Positions 18,294 through 28,440 of a stretch of DNA of 64,000 nt are shown here, one piece after another. Position numbers and translations under genes: made by a program. The stretch's first letter is position 1, and each line of letters opens with the position of its first letter. Source of the stretch: Clostridia bacterium (GTDB lineage: Bacteria > Bacillota > Clostridia > Oscillospirales > CAG-272); contig JAFQFS010000176.1 in assembly GCA_017398585.1 (NCBI GenBank), forward strand, positions 1,611 through 65,610. The letters run 5' to 3'. The notes beneath the pieces are model-generated. The model worked only from the letters and a program-made list of their open reading frames with translations. It had not been told where the DNA came from and searched no databases.

Positions 18294-19091
18294 TTATTCT
18301 GCATCAATTTCGGCTTCGATATCCGCGATGATTTTTGCGATCGCACTGTCGTTGTTCGAGACCGTGATCCGCTTTGCCGCCGCTTTGACCGACGGGATCG
18401 CGTTCGCGACTGCGTAGCCGATGTCCACGACTTCCAGCATGGAGAGGTCGTTTTCGTAGTCACCCGCGCAGATTGTCGTGTGGATCGGGTTTCCTTCCGC
18501 TGCAAGGATCGGCAGCATTTCGAGAAGAAGATCGCCCTTGCCGCTGCCTTTCGGATGGATCTCCAGTCCTTCGCTCCAGCTGAAATCGAAGTTGTAGCGG
18601 TCACCGTAACGCGGGACGAGTGCTTCGCGGGTCTTTTCGCCGTCGCTCGGATGCTGACAGAGAATGATCCGGCACCACGGTTTTTCGAGATCCGCGAGAA
18701 TTTCGTCAAGACGCGGGAAGTCCTCGCGGTGGATGGTGAACTCCTCTTTGTGACCGCTCACGAGGATGTAACGCACCTGCGGGCACAGGTCGAGAAATTC
18801 GTGCAGGACAGTGAGAAAATCGTCCTCGAACACCTTCGTGATGATGGGGACTTTTTTTACGGGGTCGTACAGCATCGTCCCGTTGATGCCGACGACGTAA
18901 GTGTTCGGGTGGAACGTGTCGGAATATTTTGCGATGTACCACGGGTAACGTCCCGACGCGACAGTGATCAGCCCGCCTTCCTCCTGGAAATAGCGGATGG
19001 CGGCGGCGTTTTCGGCGGAGATCTGCCCGTGATCGTTTGTGAGCGTTCCGTCGATGTCGGATAAAATGAGATAGCCTTTGAATTTATTCAT
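18294..19091 (-). CDS. Cof-type HAD-IIB family hydrolase
   Basis: Motif I SDIDGTLT and a C-terminal GD.END motif. Confidence 0.85.
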   Translation of the reverse strand: MNKFKGYLILSDIDGTLTNDHGQISAENAAAIRYFQEEGGLITVASGRYPWYIAKYSDTFHPNTYVVGINGTMLYDPVKKVPIITKVFEDDFLTVLHEFLDLCPQVRYILVSGHKEEFTIHREDFPRLDEILADLEKPWCRIILCQHPSDGEKTREALVPRYGDRYNFDFSWSEGLEIHPKGSGKGDLLLEMLPILAAEGNPIHTTICAGDYENDLSMLEVVDIGYAVANAIPSVKAAAKRITVSNNDSAIAKIIADIEAEIDAE

Positions 19092-19115
19092 GACAGATGT
19101 ATTTCTCCGGAAGTT

Positions 19116-20528
19116 TCAGCATTTGTGACCGGTGAGGTCAACGGCGTCGCGGTCGAGCTTGCCCCAGCCTTCGAAGTGGAGATTCAGGGTGCCGCCATCT
19201 GCCGCAAAGGTGTAGATCATGCGGTGCGGGCAGTTGAGGAAGCGGAGCTTGAAGGTGAGTTTTCCGTCTTCCGCCGTGTAGGAGGCGGCGGTGCGGCAGC
19301 GTTCCGTATCGGGCGTGGACATCAGGTCGACGAGCTTCGGTTTGACCTTTTTCGCAAAGATCAGGCTTTCCGCATAGTGACCGTTTCCGGCACGGAGGAC
19401 ATACTGGTCCACACCGTTCGAGAAAATCGCCTGCATTTCGTCTGCGGCACTGTCGTAGATGAAATAAACACCCGTCCAGCCCATCGGATTTTCGTCGAGA
19501 CGATAGAACACGTTTTCAAATCCTGCCGTTTTCTGTGCGGAACCGACGGGAGCGTATGCCGGAAGGATCACGGATGCCGTGTCGTCCGCGTCAAAGAGAT
19601 GTTCCGCGAGTTCCATGACAGCATCCATTTCACGCTGCATGTCGCCGAGCTCGGTCTGGATCGCGAAGACCATGTTGTGTTCCGGAAGAACGACGCAGAG
19701 CTGTCCGAACGCGCCGTCGCCGCGGAAACCTTCACGGTAGTTCACCCAGAACTGATAGCCGTATCCCGCGCACCAGTCGGGGGTACCGTTCATGGAGTTA
19801 TCGGAGATCGGGGACGTCGCCGTCTTCACCCATTCTTCGGAGAGCAGACGCTTGCCGTTCCACATGCCTTTGTGCAGGTAGAGAAGCCCCAGCTTCGCGA
19901 TATCGTCGGAGCAGACGTGAATGCCGCAGCCGCCTTCGTTGTTTCCGTCGGGCACACGGTTCCAACGGACATCGGCAATACCGAGCGGCAGGAACAGCTT
20001 CCAGGTGAGAAAATCGACGAGCTTCATACCGGTGATGCGTTCGACGATGCAGGAGAGCAGGCAGGTTGCGCCGGTGTTGTATGCGAAGTGCGTGCCGGGT
20101 TCGTAGACAACTTCCTGTGCGAGGAACGCGCGCGGGGCATCGTCGGAGCGCACCATGTGGTACATGACGCAGCCGGGATGTCCGGTGTTCATCGAAAGAA
20201 CGTGCTTCACACGCATTTTTGCAAGATTTTCGGAGACGGTTTCCGGCAGCTTGTCCGGGAAGAGATCGACGATGCGGTCTTCCGTGGAGAGTTTTCCCTC
20301 GTCGCAGAGGAAGCCGATCGCCGTGGAGCAGAAGCTCTTTGAGAGGGAATAAATCTCTCTCTTGTCGGTCGGGGAATACGGTTCCGGCGCGATCCGGACG
20401 ACCATTGCGTCGTTATGGAAGATCTGCAGGGTGTGGATCTCGTCCTGTTCCGGGCGGAACTTGGCGAAGAATTCGTTCAGAGCGCGCTTTGAGACGCGCG
20501 AATCGGTATAAACCGTGGAGTTTGCCAT
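19116..20528 (-). CDS. Serine hydrolase (beta-lactamase/transpeptidase-like family)
   Basis: SxxK motif (SLSKSF) and a GAGGTGA SD. Confidence 0.75.
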   Translation of the reverse strand: MANSTVYTDSRVSKRALNEFFAKFRPEQDEIHTLQIFHNDAMVVRIAPEPYSPTDKREIYSLSKSFCSTAIGFLCDEGKLSTEDRIVDLFPDKLPETVSENLAKMRVKHVLSMNTGHPGCVMYHMVRSDDAPRAFLAQEVVYEPGTHFAYNTGATCLLSCIVERITGMKLVDFLTWKLFLPLGIADVRWNRVPDGNNEGGCGIHVCSDDIAKLGLLYLHKGMWNGKRLLSEEWVKTATSPISDNSMNGTPDWCAGYGYQFWVNYREGFRGDGAFGQLCVVLPEHNMVFAIQTELGDMQREMDAVMELAEHLFDADDTASVILPAYAPVGSAQKTAGFENVFYRLDENPMGWTGVYFIYDSAADEMQAIFSNGVDQYVLRAGNGHYAESLIFAKKVKPKLVDLMSTPDTERCRTAASYTAEDGKLTFKLRFLNCPHRMIYTFAADGGTLNLHFEGWGKLDRDAVDLTGHKC

Positions 20529-20553
20529 AAGTTCACCTCATTTTTGGTATCGT

Positions 20554-21885
20554 TCAAAGTATGAATTTCTGTTCCATCGGGCCGGCGGTAACGTGGTAGT
20601 AACCCGTGTTTTCCTTACGGAAGCGGCGTTCTTCGCGGATCTCACCGACGTTCACGTCGTAGTCGCCGTAGAAGCCTTCGAAATATGCGCGGCCGTTCTC
20701 ATCCGTTACGAGCGTTTTATCCGTCTGCCATTCGTGATTGATGAGCCGGTCGAGGACATTGAATGCTCTCTTGCGGGTCATGTCGTTGCGCAGAAGTCCG
20801 GCGTGGTAGACGTTTTCGCCGCCGTATGCCATACCGTCGACCATGTTCCACCAGACGATCGACTCGACGTATTCCTGGCTGAACCACAGACGGTACATCC
20901 GTTCGACGAGTTCCGCCTGTACGTCTTCGTCCTCCGCCTCGTTCGACCACGACGGGACGGAAACTTCGGAAAGGTGGATCGGCAGCCTGAATTCCGAATA
21001 CAGGCGGAAGACATCCATCGCGCGGTACGGATTGTAGAGAGCAAGCTGCTGGGCTTCGCTGCCGCTGAACGCATGGAACTGCATGCCGATTCCCTCGATG
21101 TGTGCGCCTTCGCTGAGCCAGCGTTTCAGCATGAGGTAGTAGATGCTTTTGTCTCCCGTGTACTGAGCCGCGCCGAAGGTTTCGTAGCAGCCTTCGTTCC
21201 AGAAGAGACGCGTGTAGGGGAAGTATTTCTTCGCGATGTCAAAGCACCATTTTTCGTGCCCCGGTTCGTCGCAGACCGGCAGATCGCGGCAGCCGAATTC
21301 GCCGTGCGCGTTCCGGTAAACGGTGTACATTTCGTTGATGACGTCAAGGTCGAGCAGGTCATCGCCGTAGCGTTCCGCGATCTCGCGGCTGCGCTTTTCA
21401 ATTGCCATTTTCAGCGAACGCCAGTCGCGCGGCATCCACTTCGGGTTGAAGGAATTGTACATCAGGCAATGTCCCTTCATACCGATACGGTGTTCGGCAC
21501 AATAGTCGCGGACGAGATCGAGTGCGGGACGGCGGTAGATGTTTTCGGATGATTTGTCAAAGCGCGGATGCCCTTCTTCCGGTTCCAGTGTGTCCCAGTA
21601 CAGCGGCAGGACGCCGTAGTTGAAAAGTTTCGGGAACATCTCGCGGTAGAGCTGATTGCGGCGGTCGTCGCCGAACTGATCGAGCAGGAACATTGCGCAT
21701 CCGAACTTGAATTCGTGCCGCGCGAGCTTTACGTGCACGGGAACACCGGCGAGCGGTTTTCCCTCACGGCCGAGGACTTTTACGGCGAACAGACCCTTGC
21801 GGTGGGTCTGGATCCCGCGCTCGATCATGGGATCGGTGAATTCGGCGAGGCGGTCAAAGTGTTGAATGAGTTCTCTTCGTTCCAT
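20554..21885 (-). CDS. GH10-like glycoside hydrolase (endo-1,4-beta-xylanase family)
   Basis: The start at MERRELIQ has an AAGGAGG SD. VINE (acid/base-like) and LSEV (nucleophile-like) motifs are present. The 102-codon upstream extension was rejected. Confidence 0.55.
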   Translation of the reverse strand: MERRELIQHFDRLAEFTDPMIERGIQTHRKGLFAVKVLGREGKPLAGVPVHVKLARHEFKFGCAMFLLDQFGDDRRNQLYREMFPKLFNYGVLPLYWDTLEPEEGHPRFDKSSENIYRRPALDLVRDYCAEHRIGMKGHCLMYNSFNPKWMPRDWRSLKMAIEKRSREIAERYGDDLLDLDVINEMYTVYRNAHGEFGCRDLPVCDEPGHEKWCFDIAKKYFPYTRLFWNEGCYETFGAAQYTGDKSIYYLMLKRWLSEGAHIEGIGMQFHAFSGSEAQQLALYNPYRAMDVFRLYSEFRLPIHLSEVSVPSWSNEAEDEDVQAELVERMYRLWFSQEYVESIVWWNMVDGMAYGGENVYHAGLLRNDMTRKRAFNVLDRLINHEWQTDKTLVTDENGRAYFEGFYGDYDVNVGEIREERRFRKENTGYYHVTAGPMEQKFIL

Positions 21886-21969
21886 TGAGAAACCTCCTTT
21901 TTTCGGGTAATACGATCTGTTTCTGTGGACATTATACCAAATCCGCCGCCTTTTTTCAATACGATTCTG

Positions 21970-21998
21970 TTGACGTGCCGAAAAATCCGCGGTATAAT
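21970..21998 (+). promoter_or_regulatory. Sigma-A type promoter (TTGACG-17-TATAAT)
   Basis: -35 at 21970-21975 and -10 at 21993-21998. Confidence 0.6.
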
Positions 21999-22029
21999 GA
22001 AAACAAAACGGCATTACGGAGGACATACG

Positions 22030-23946
22030 ATGAAACAGATTCCGACGTGGGAGGCTCCGAAGACCTCGCGGGTCTACCTGCACCCCATTCATTCCGAACG
22101 GCTTATCTCCCTCTATCCCGATATGAAGATCACCGACCTTGATCTTTCCTATATCCCGATGCACTACAATCAGAAGGGCTTCGGCGTCCATCTGATTTTT
22201 GGTACGGAACCGGGCGACATCGACATGGAAAAGACCGTCTGGAAAAAGCCGGAGAACGGACTTCCGGTCTATACGCTGTACAATACCGACGATGAAAACG
22301 GCTGTGCCGTGGCGATGACGTCATTCTGCGATACCGCGCGGATCCCGGTGACCTACTGTGAAGTCACCGTCACGAATACGAACAACTACCGCGTGTCCGG
22401 TACATTCGGACTTCTTCCGCGCTATAATAAGGAAGACCACTACCTCACCGGTCTGCACGACACCGGCTACGAGCCGTACAACCCGAACGTCGGACAGTGG
22501 TACCTGAGCTGGCAGAACCAATTCGCACCTGCGGAAGACGGTGGCCTGACCGCCGCGTGTGAGGACGGCTACGGTCAGATGCGGATCCTCGAGACGGAAA
22601 AACTCGACGTACGTTGGATCTCCCGTGGGGAACAGCTTCACCGGTTCAAGGCGCACGATTATTACCGCCTTGACTATACGCTTCCCGCAGGAGAAACGGC
22701 GGTTGTACGGTTTGCGATGCGGCGCGGCGGATTTGATGATGTAAAACCGTACAGCGAAGCCCTCGCCGACACCACGGCGTTCTGGCAGGACATCCAGGCG
22801 AAAGTGACGCTTCTTCCGGACGATTCCGGAAAGATCACGCAGAACATGTTCCGGCAGAACATCACGGTCATGCTGCAGATGCTCCAGCATTACGAAGGTG
22901 CAAAGGATCCTGACTATGTTTTTGCACGCCAGGGCGACGTCGGACGGTTCATCTGGGTCTGGGAGGCGGCGCATTTTCTCACCGTTCTCGATGACGCGGG
23001 GCTTTCGGAATACGTGACCGACGCGTACCGGATGTTTTTCGATAACTGGCAGCTCACGGACGGTGCGGAGCGGGGCAAGCTTGCGAACCCGTGGGTCGTC
23101 TGGGACAACACGAACGGTTCCGCGATCTGGGGCACATGCCACCATCTGCTGATGAAAAACGATCCCGAGCTGTTCGAGGAATTCCGCCCAAAACTGAACC
23201 TTGCGCTCGAATACATCCAGTACCGCCGCAGTTTTGCGCGCGATGACGAGGTAAAGGGGCTTTTCTCCTCCGGACGTGCGAGCGACTGGGGCGAAGTCGG
23301 GCAGCACTGGACGTACACCGACGCCGTAAACGTGTACGGGCTGTCGTACATGGTGAAGTGCTATGAACATTTCGGCGCGGAAGAAGCGGCGTATGTGCGG
23401 GAAGTATACGAAGATTATCGCAAGGTGGTAGCGGACGTTCTGCAGAAATTCGAAGCGGAACACGCGGGAGAGCGGGCGTACAACATGCCGCACATCCTCG
23501 GCGTGCCGTTTGAGGAAAGCTACAGCCACTGCTTCTACACGGACGGCTGTCCGTATCTCATCAAGCTCGGATTCATGGATCCGAACTCGGAACTGTTCGA
23601 ACAGATGGAAAATTTCTACCGCGACATCGGCTTCCTCGATGACGAACACGGTCTCGCGGGACGCATGACCAATGACGCCTGCGGCTCGGACGGTCTCTAC
23701 GGCAACGTCTATTACACGGGCGTTGCGGAAATCCTGTGGATCGAGGCATGGATGAGACGCGGGGAACGGGACAAAGCCGACGCATACGCGCGCGGCATGC
23801 TCCGCTACAACGTGACGCCGGAATTCATCGTATCCGAACGGTATTCGTCGGTCGATCCGTGGTTCACGCCGTGGCAGCCGAACGCTTCCGGCGCGGGACG
23901 GCTCTGCCGGTTCCTGCTGGACTATTACGGGGAGAAGAAAATCTGA
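22030..23946 (+). CDS. Hypothetical protein, possibly an (alpha/alpha)6-barrel glycosidase-like enzyme
   Basis: 638 aa starting at MKQIPTW with a GGAGGA SD. I recognise no firm motif. The context is carbohydrate genes. Confidence 0.6.
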   Translation: MKQIPTWEAPKTSRVYLHPIHSERLISLYPDMKITDLDLSYIPMHYNQKGFGVHLIFGTEPGDIDMEKTVWKKPENGLPVYTLYNTDDENGCAVAMTSFCDTARIPVTYCEVTVTNTNNYRVSGTFGLLPRYNKEDHYLTGLHDTGYEPYNPNVGQWYLSWQNQFAPAEDGGLTAACEDGYGQMRILETEKLDVRWISRGEQLHRFKAHDYYRLDYTLPAGETAVVRFAMRRGGFDDVKPYSEALADTTAFWQDIQAKVTLLPDDSGKITQNMFRQNITVMLQMLQHYEGAKDPDYVFARQGDVGRFIWVWEAAHFLTVLDDAGLSEYVTDAYRMFFDNWQLTDGAERGKLANPWVVWDNTNGSAIWGTCHHLLMKNDPELFEEFRPKLNLALEYIQYRRSFARDDEVKGLFSSGRASDWGEVGQHWTYTDAVNVYGLSYMVKCYEHFGAEEAAYVREVYEDYRKVVADVLQKFEAEHAGERAYNMPHILGVPFEESYSHCFYTDGCPYLIKLGFMDPNSELFEQMENFYRDIGFLDDEHGLAGRMTNDACGSDGLYGNVYYTGVAEILWIEAWMRRGERDKADAYARGMLRYNVTPEFIVSERYSSVDPWFTPWQPNASGAGRLCRFLLDYYGEKKI

Positions 23947-23996
23947 CAAAAATGGGGAGCTTTTCAGAAAGTTCCCCATTGATTTCCTGTTATTAC

Positions 23997-24025
23997 TTGA
24001 CAAATTCAGAGAACTATGATACACT
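23997..24025 (+). promoter_or_regulatory. Promoter (TTGACA-17-TACACT with TG extension) for the ABC-F leader
   Basis: -35 at 23997-24002, TG at 24017-24018, -10 at 24020-24025. Confidence 0.5.
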
Positions 24026-24058
24026 GATTGTAATATTACAGAAAGTGAGGTGAGCTGC

Positions 24059-24187
24059 ATGACGAAAATCAACGTCTCCATCGGAATGCGTCCGATCAAA
24101 TCGGTCGCCCATACTCCGGTTTACGGCGCTGCAGGGGGGAAGTCTGCCCATTTTTGCCCGTGCAGCGGCACCGTAACCCGCGACTGA
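24059..24187 (+). CDS. Candidate leader peptide ORF (42 aa) upstream of the ABC-F gene
   Basis: AGGTGA SD lies 5 nt before ATG 24059. The peptide is MTKINVSIGMRPIKSVAHTPVYGAAGGKSAHFCPCSGTVTRD. It is below the ORF-track size cut-off. Confidence 0.3.
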   Translation: MTKINVSIGMRPIKSVAHTPVYGAAGGKSAHFCPCSGTVTRD

Positions 24188-24207
24188 GACAAAAACGTCT
24201 CGTTCAC

Positions 24208-24242
24208 GGCGGATGTCAGCCACACGGCGCATCCGTTTTTTT
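24208..24242 (+). terminator. Leader terminator-like hairpin 1
   Basis: CGGATG..CATCCG followed by T7. Confidence 0.4.
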
Positions 24243-24255
24243 GTTGTTCATCCGA

Positions 24256-24308
24256 AACGGCGGCAGATCTTCCGGTACGATTTTTTGGAGGAAGTTCTGC
24301 CGTTTTTT
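24256..24308 (+). terminator. Leader terminator-like hairpin 2
   Basis: AACGG(CGG)CAGATCTTCC, loop, GGAAGTTCTGCCGTT, followed by T6. Confidence 0.55.
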
Positions 24309-24394
24309 GCTGCAAACCTGCGGAAATGTACCGGATTCCGCCGAACCGGATCCGTTTAAAATGATACTGTATTAAAAAAACCACGGAGGTTATC

Positions 24395-26035
24395 ATGCGC
24401 GTTTTCAAAGTATCCGGATTGTCCCACGAATTTGTCGGCAAAAGCATATTCAACAACGCCGAACTCACCGTCAATGACGGCCGCCCGAACGGCATTCCCG
24501 ACCACATCGGTCTCGTCGGACCGAACGGTTGCGGCAAGTCCACCTTTCTCAAAATGATCGTTGGCACGGTTGTTCCCGATCAGTGGACGTTTGAGACATC
24601 CGGAAACCTGAACATCGGCTATCTCGATCAGTACGCCGATATCGACAGCACTCTCACCGTTTACGAATACCTCGACGCCGTGTTCGAACCGCTGTACGAA
24701 CTGGACCGCCGTGCCGCGGAGCTTTACGAACATCTCACGGAGATGGACGAGGACGAACAGACCCGCGCCATGAACCGTGCCGCGCGGATCTACGAACAGC
24801 TCGACGAAGCGGAATTCGACCGCATCGGAAAAAAGATCGACAGCGTGCTGGCCGGTCTCGGCTTCACGGACGCCGACCGGACGAAGACCGCGTCTCAGCT
24901 TTCCGGCGGGATGAAGACCAAGCTCGTCCTCGCGAAGCTGCTCCTGTCCGACAACGATCTGCTCATCCTCGACGAACCGACGAATTTCCTCGACATCGGC
25001 TACATCGGATGGCTCGGCGACTATCTCTGCAAACGGAAAGGCGCGTACCTTGTCATTTCCCATGACCGCGCGTTCCTCAACAAAGTGTCGAACAAAATCG
25101 TCGAAATCGCGAACCGGAAATTCAAGGTGTACGAGGGAAATTACGATTACTACCTCAAAGAAAAAGAACGCCGTGAAGCGGTGCAGGAACAGCAGAGCAC
25201 GGCGCAGGAAAAGTTCATTGCACGTTCGGAAGCGTACATTGCGGCAAACTCCGGCGAGGCATGGGGGGGAAAATCCCGTTCGAAGGCGACTTGGCTCAGA
25301 AAAATGCTCGAGAATCTCGAGCGGATCGAACATCCGGACGAGATCGTCAAGCCGCAGTTTGAATTCAGACATATGGGCGGCGCGACGCAGAAGATCCTGT
25401 CCCTCAATGCACTGGAAGTCGGCTACGATGGTTCCGCCGTCCTGCCGCCGGTGTCACTGGACGTGAAACGCGGGGACAAGATCGTGTTCAAGGGCTTCAA
25501 CGGCATCGGCAAGACGACCTTGCTGAAATCCATCTGCGGGGACCTTGAACCGGTCGGCGGGAACATGGAGTTCGGGGAAGGGATCGTGAGCGTCTTCCTC
25601 AAGCAGGAGGAGGACTACGAAAACAACTTTTCACACTTCAACAAAACCGAGCGCCGCCGTCTCGGCGTGAAGGCAGGGAAAAAGCGCGCGATCACGGTGA
25701 TTGAGTTTGCGAAGGAATATTATCCCGAAAAGCCGCAGAAGGAACTGCAGGCGGCGCTGTTCTCCTGCGGACTGACGGAAGTACATTTCTTCAATCAGGT
25801 GCGGACGCTGTCCGGCGGCGAGATGACGAAGCTGCGCCTCTGTCTCGCGATGATGAGTCCGGTGAACCTGATCGTTCTCGACGAACCGACAAACCATCTG
25901 GACATGTATTCAAAGGAAGTCCTTATGCACGCGCTCGAAGAATTTAAGGGAACGGTGCTGATGACGACCCACGACGTCAACGCGGACATTTCGTGGGCGA
26001 CGCGGACGGTGAATCTGGAAGAACTGTTTGAATAA
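24395..26035 (+). CDS. ABC-F family ATP-binding cassette protein (two ABC domains, no TM domain)
   Basis: Two Walker A sites (GPNGCGKST, GFNGIGKTT), two LSGG signatures and an inter-domain linker. GGAGG SD. Confidence 0.9.
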   Translation: MRVFKVSGLSHEFVGKSIFNNAELTVNDGRPNGIPDHIGLVGPNGCGKSTFLKMIVGTVVPDQWTFETSGNLNIGYLDQYADIDSTLTVYEYLDAVFEPLYELDRRAAELYEHLTEMDEDEQTRAMNRAARIYEQLDEAEFDRIGKKIDSVLAGLGFTDADRTKTASQLSGGMKTKLVLAKLLLSDNDLLILDEPTNFLDIGYIGWLGDYLCKRKGAYLVISHDRAFLNKVSNKIVEIANRKFKVYEGNYDYYLKEKERREAVQEQQSTAQEKFIARSEAYIAANSGEAWGGKSRSKATWLRKMLENLERIEHPDEIVKPQFEFRHMGGATQKILSLNALEVGYDGSAVLPPVSLDVKRGDKIVFKGFNGIGKTTLLKSICGDLEPVGGNMEFGEGIVSVFLKQEEDYENNFSHFNKTERRRLGVKAGKKRAITVIEFAKEYYPEKPQKELQAALFSCGLTEVHFFNQVRTLSGGEMTKLRLCLAMMSPVNLIVLDEPTNHLDMYSKEVLMHALEEFKGTVLMTTHDVNADISWATRTVNLEELFE

Positions 26036-26060
26036 AAAAACGGGCATTTGCCCGTTTTTT
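26034..26060. terminator. Bidirectional intrinsic terminator
   Basis: AAAAAAA-CGGGCA-TT-TGCCCG-TTTTTT between convergent genes. Confidence 0.75.
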
Positions 26061-26823
26061 ACTTTTCCACAGCTTTTTCGTACGCTGCGAAGTACCGTCT
26101 GCCGAGTTCATAGATCGCCTTGCGGGAGAAGTGGATCGGATCCTCCCAGCCGAGCGGATTGCGGTGAAGCTCCTGCAGGTTTGACAGCAGACCGTCCGTT
26201 TCGACGAATCCGCCGTGACCGCAGTCGGAGCAGACCGCGCGGATCGCGGCAACGACCGGCGTGCAGATCGCGATATGGTCGTTTTTCCAGTGGTGGACGA
26301 AGTCCCCGGCGATGAACGGAAGATCCGGTACGCCGAATTCCTCGCGCACCAGACGGAGAAGCGTCATGAGATGACCGTAATGTACGTTGTAGGACGCGCC
26401 AAGTTCCGCGTCGGTCTCACCCTGATGCCAGAGAAGTCCGACGAGACGGTTATCTTCGTTCAGCGCAAGCGCGGTGCGGGTCATTTCCATCATGCGGAGG
26501 AAGAGGTCGTCTTCGGGCTTCCAGCTGTTCTCAAGAAAGCCGGTGCCGCCGACGGAGGTGCGCAGGATCAGCAGCTTCCGTCCTTCCGCAAGCCGCCCCG
26601 CTGCGATGTATTCGCGTGCGAACGACAGGCTGTAGTTGCTCTGGATTTCGTTTCCGGTCACTTCTTCCGCCGCACGGGAGAGGGTGAAGTCGCCATTCAG
26701 GTACCATACGCGGTCGTTCGGCTGGTACGGATTGTCCACGGGACCGAAGCCGTAGCCTTCGCTGTTTGACTGTCCCGCCTGAATGAGGATGTCAAACGAT
26801 TCTTTTGTAAAGTCTTTTAACAT
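26059..26823 (-). CDS. SASA/DUF303-type carbohydrate esterase (sialate O-acetylesterase-like SGNH hydrolase)
   Basis: GQSNSEG motif near the N-terminus and a GGAGG SD. Confidence 0.6.
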   Translation of the reverse strand: MLKDFTKESFDILIQAGQSNSEGYGFGPVDNPYQPNDRVWYLNGDFTLSRAAEEVTGNEIQSNYSLSFAREYIAAGRLAEGRKLLILRTSVGGTGFLENSWKPEDDLFLRMMEMTRTALALNEDNRLVGLLWHQGETDAELGASYNVHYGHLMTLLRLVREEFGVPDLPFIAGDFVHHWKNDHIAICTPVVAAIRAVCSDCGHGGFVETDGLLSNLQELHRNPLGWEDPIHFSRKAIYELGRRYFAAYEKAVEK

Positions 26824-26847
26824 GATGTACCCTCCTGTTGCTGTATT

Positions 26848-28335
26848 TTATTCGATTCCGTAGGAAACCAGCATTTTTTCGAGGAGTTTCCCGGCGGGCT
26901 TTTCGACGGCTGCGAATTTGGAGACCAGATCGTTGGAATTGTCGCGGATGAGGCCGACGAAGATATGACCGATGCCGCTGAGGGAGCTGGAGCAGAGATA
27001 GCCGATGTCGAAGGTCAGGTTGTCGCGGATGATGTCGATCATTTCCGCGCTTTCCTCGTCACGGGAGGTCTTGGATTTCAGAACGACATCGTAATACTTC
27101 GGAACGACGCTCCGGTAGCTTTCGGCGCACAGAGCTTCGGTGATGATTCCGGTGAATTCCGTGTCCTTTACGTCGATCGGAACGACGAACAGGTCAAAGT
27201 TGTCACGGGAAGTGCTGGAATAATTTTCCTGAGCTGTATCGTATTTCGGATAAGGCAGGATACCGAAGTCGGATTCCATGTCGCGGAGAGCGGTGATTTT
27301 TTCGAAGTAGGTCGCATACATGAGAGCGCGGTCGGCGCGGTAGATTGTGTCGATGTTGCTTGCTACCGAATCCGTATAGGCACCGTGGGTGGTATGGTAA
27401 AGATTGTTGAGCTTTTCGACGATGGATACCGCTTTTTCGGAGCTGAGAGCGAGTTCGAGACCGCCGTCCGCGGTGTGGGATACGACCGGCATATCAAAGG
27501 CGATCTGATAGGTGTCGATGGAGGTCGCCCAGTCCGTAGCCAGACCGTACATATCGTCCATGGTCCACTGACCGTTGCCGTCGATGTCGATGGATACAGC
27601 CGAGGTGATCTCGGACATTTTGTCGAGGGTCCATTCGCCGCTGCGCACGAGATCGTACATATTTTCGACGCCGAAGTCGGCAGCCAGCTTTTTGTTGAAG
27701 ATGAAAGCGAACATATTATCCCACAGAGAAAGCGCGTAGTCGCCGGTGATGAGGTAGCTGCGGCCGTTGACCGTGAGCGCATCGATCGCTCTCTGACTCC
27801 ACCACGGCTGTGTCAGGTCAATGTTGGGAATGTCACGCCAGTTTAAGAAGATGTTCTTTGAGATGTTTTCGGAAACGGTTGCCGCATACGCTGCGATCAG
27901 GTCATACGCACCGTCGCCCGCCATGATGGAGTTGGTCATTTCGTTGTTCCACTGGGCGTTGCCCCACGTACTGTTTTTGGAAACGTAGGCGAAATCCACC
28001 GAGAAGCGTTCTTCGATTTTGGTGTTGCGTTCGTACAGGGCATCGTTGACCCCTTCTCCGTTCAGTTCTTCGGGCATGAACTTGTCGCCGTAGTAAATAC
28101 CGTCGGTTTCACGGGTGAGCAGGGTGAATGTCCGGCCGTCGAAATTTTTCTCGGGGAGATTGTCCGGGATATTTTCGCGGGTGATCTCGGTTTCTTCCTC
28201 CGTTTCGGATATGGCAGCAGAGGGATCTGCCGGAACATTGCTGTCCGGGCTGACTTCTTCCGTGTTTTCGGCACACGAAACAAAGACCTGTGTCAGCAGA
28301 AGGGACGCGAGGAGCAGGGAAATCAGTTTTTTCAT
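26848..28335 (-). CDS. Lipoprotein, extracellular solute-binding protein (ABC-type sugar SBP family)
   Basis: Signal peptide with a lipobox (LLTQVFVSC) and an AAGGAGG SD. The size and composition are typical of large clostridial SBPs. Confidence 0.75.
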   Translation of the reverse strand: MKKLISLLLASLLLTQVFVSCAENTEEVSPDSNVPADPSAAISETEEETEITRENIPDNLPEKNFDGRTFTLLTRETDGIYYGDKFMPEELNGEGVNDALYERNTKIEERFSVDFAYVSKNSTWGNAQWNNEMTNSIMAGDGAYDLIAAYAATVSENISKNIFLNWRDIPNIDLTQPWWSQRAIDALTVNGRSYLITGDYALSLWDNMFAFIFNKKLAADFGVENMYDLVRSGEWTLDKMSEITSAVSIDIDGNGQWTMDDMYGLATDWATSIDTYQIAFDMPVVSHTADGGLELALSSEKAVSIVEKLNNLYHTTHGAYTDSVASNIDTIYRADRALMYATYFEKITALRDMESDFGILPYPKYDTAQENYSSTSRDNFDLFVVPIDVKDTEFTGIITEALCAESYRSVVPKYYDVVLKSKTSRDEESAEMIDIIRDNLTFDIGYLCSSSLSGIGHIFVGLIRDNSNDLVSKFAAVEKPAGKLLEKMLVSYGIE

Positions 28336-28440
28336 TCAGTGAACCTCCTTGTGTTATTTATTGGAATTGGTTTCAGTATAGCACATAATTATGAAGAAAA
28401 TATGTAGAGAAGGGCTTTGTGACGGAAAAAACTTTTCATA

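Noticed and set aside
22321-24099. 592-aa minus-strand ORF
   Set aside because: It is a shadow of the 22030-23946 gene, with Arg/Val/Pro-rich low-information composition and no SD.
24356-25372. 338-aa minus-strand ORF, and 24121-24567
   Set aside because: They are antisense to the ABC-F gene and its leader. No SD or motifs.
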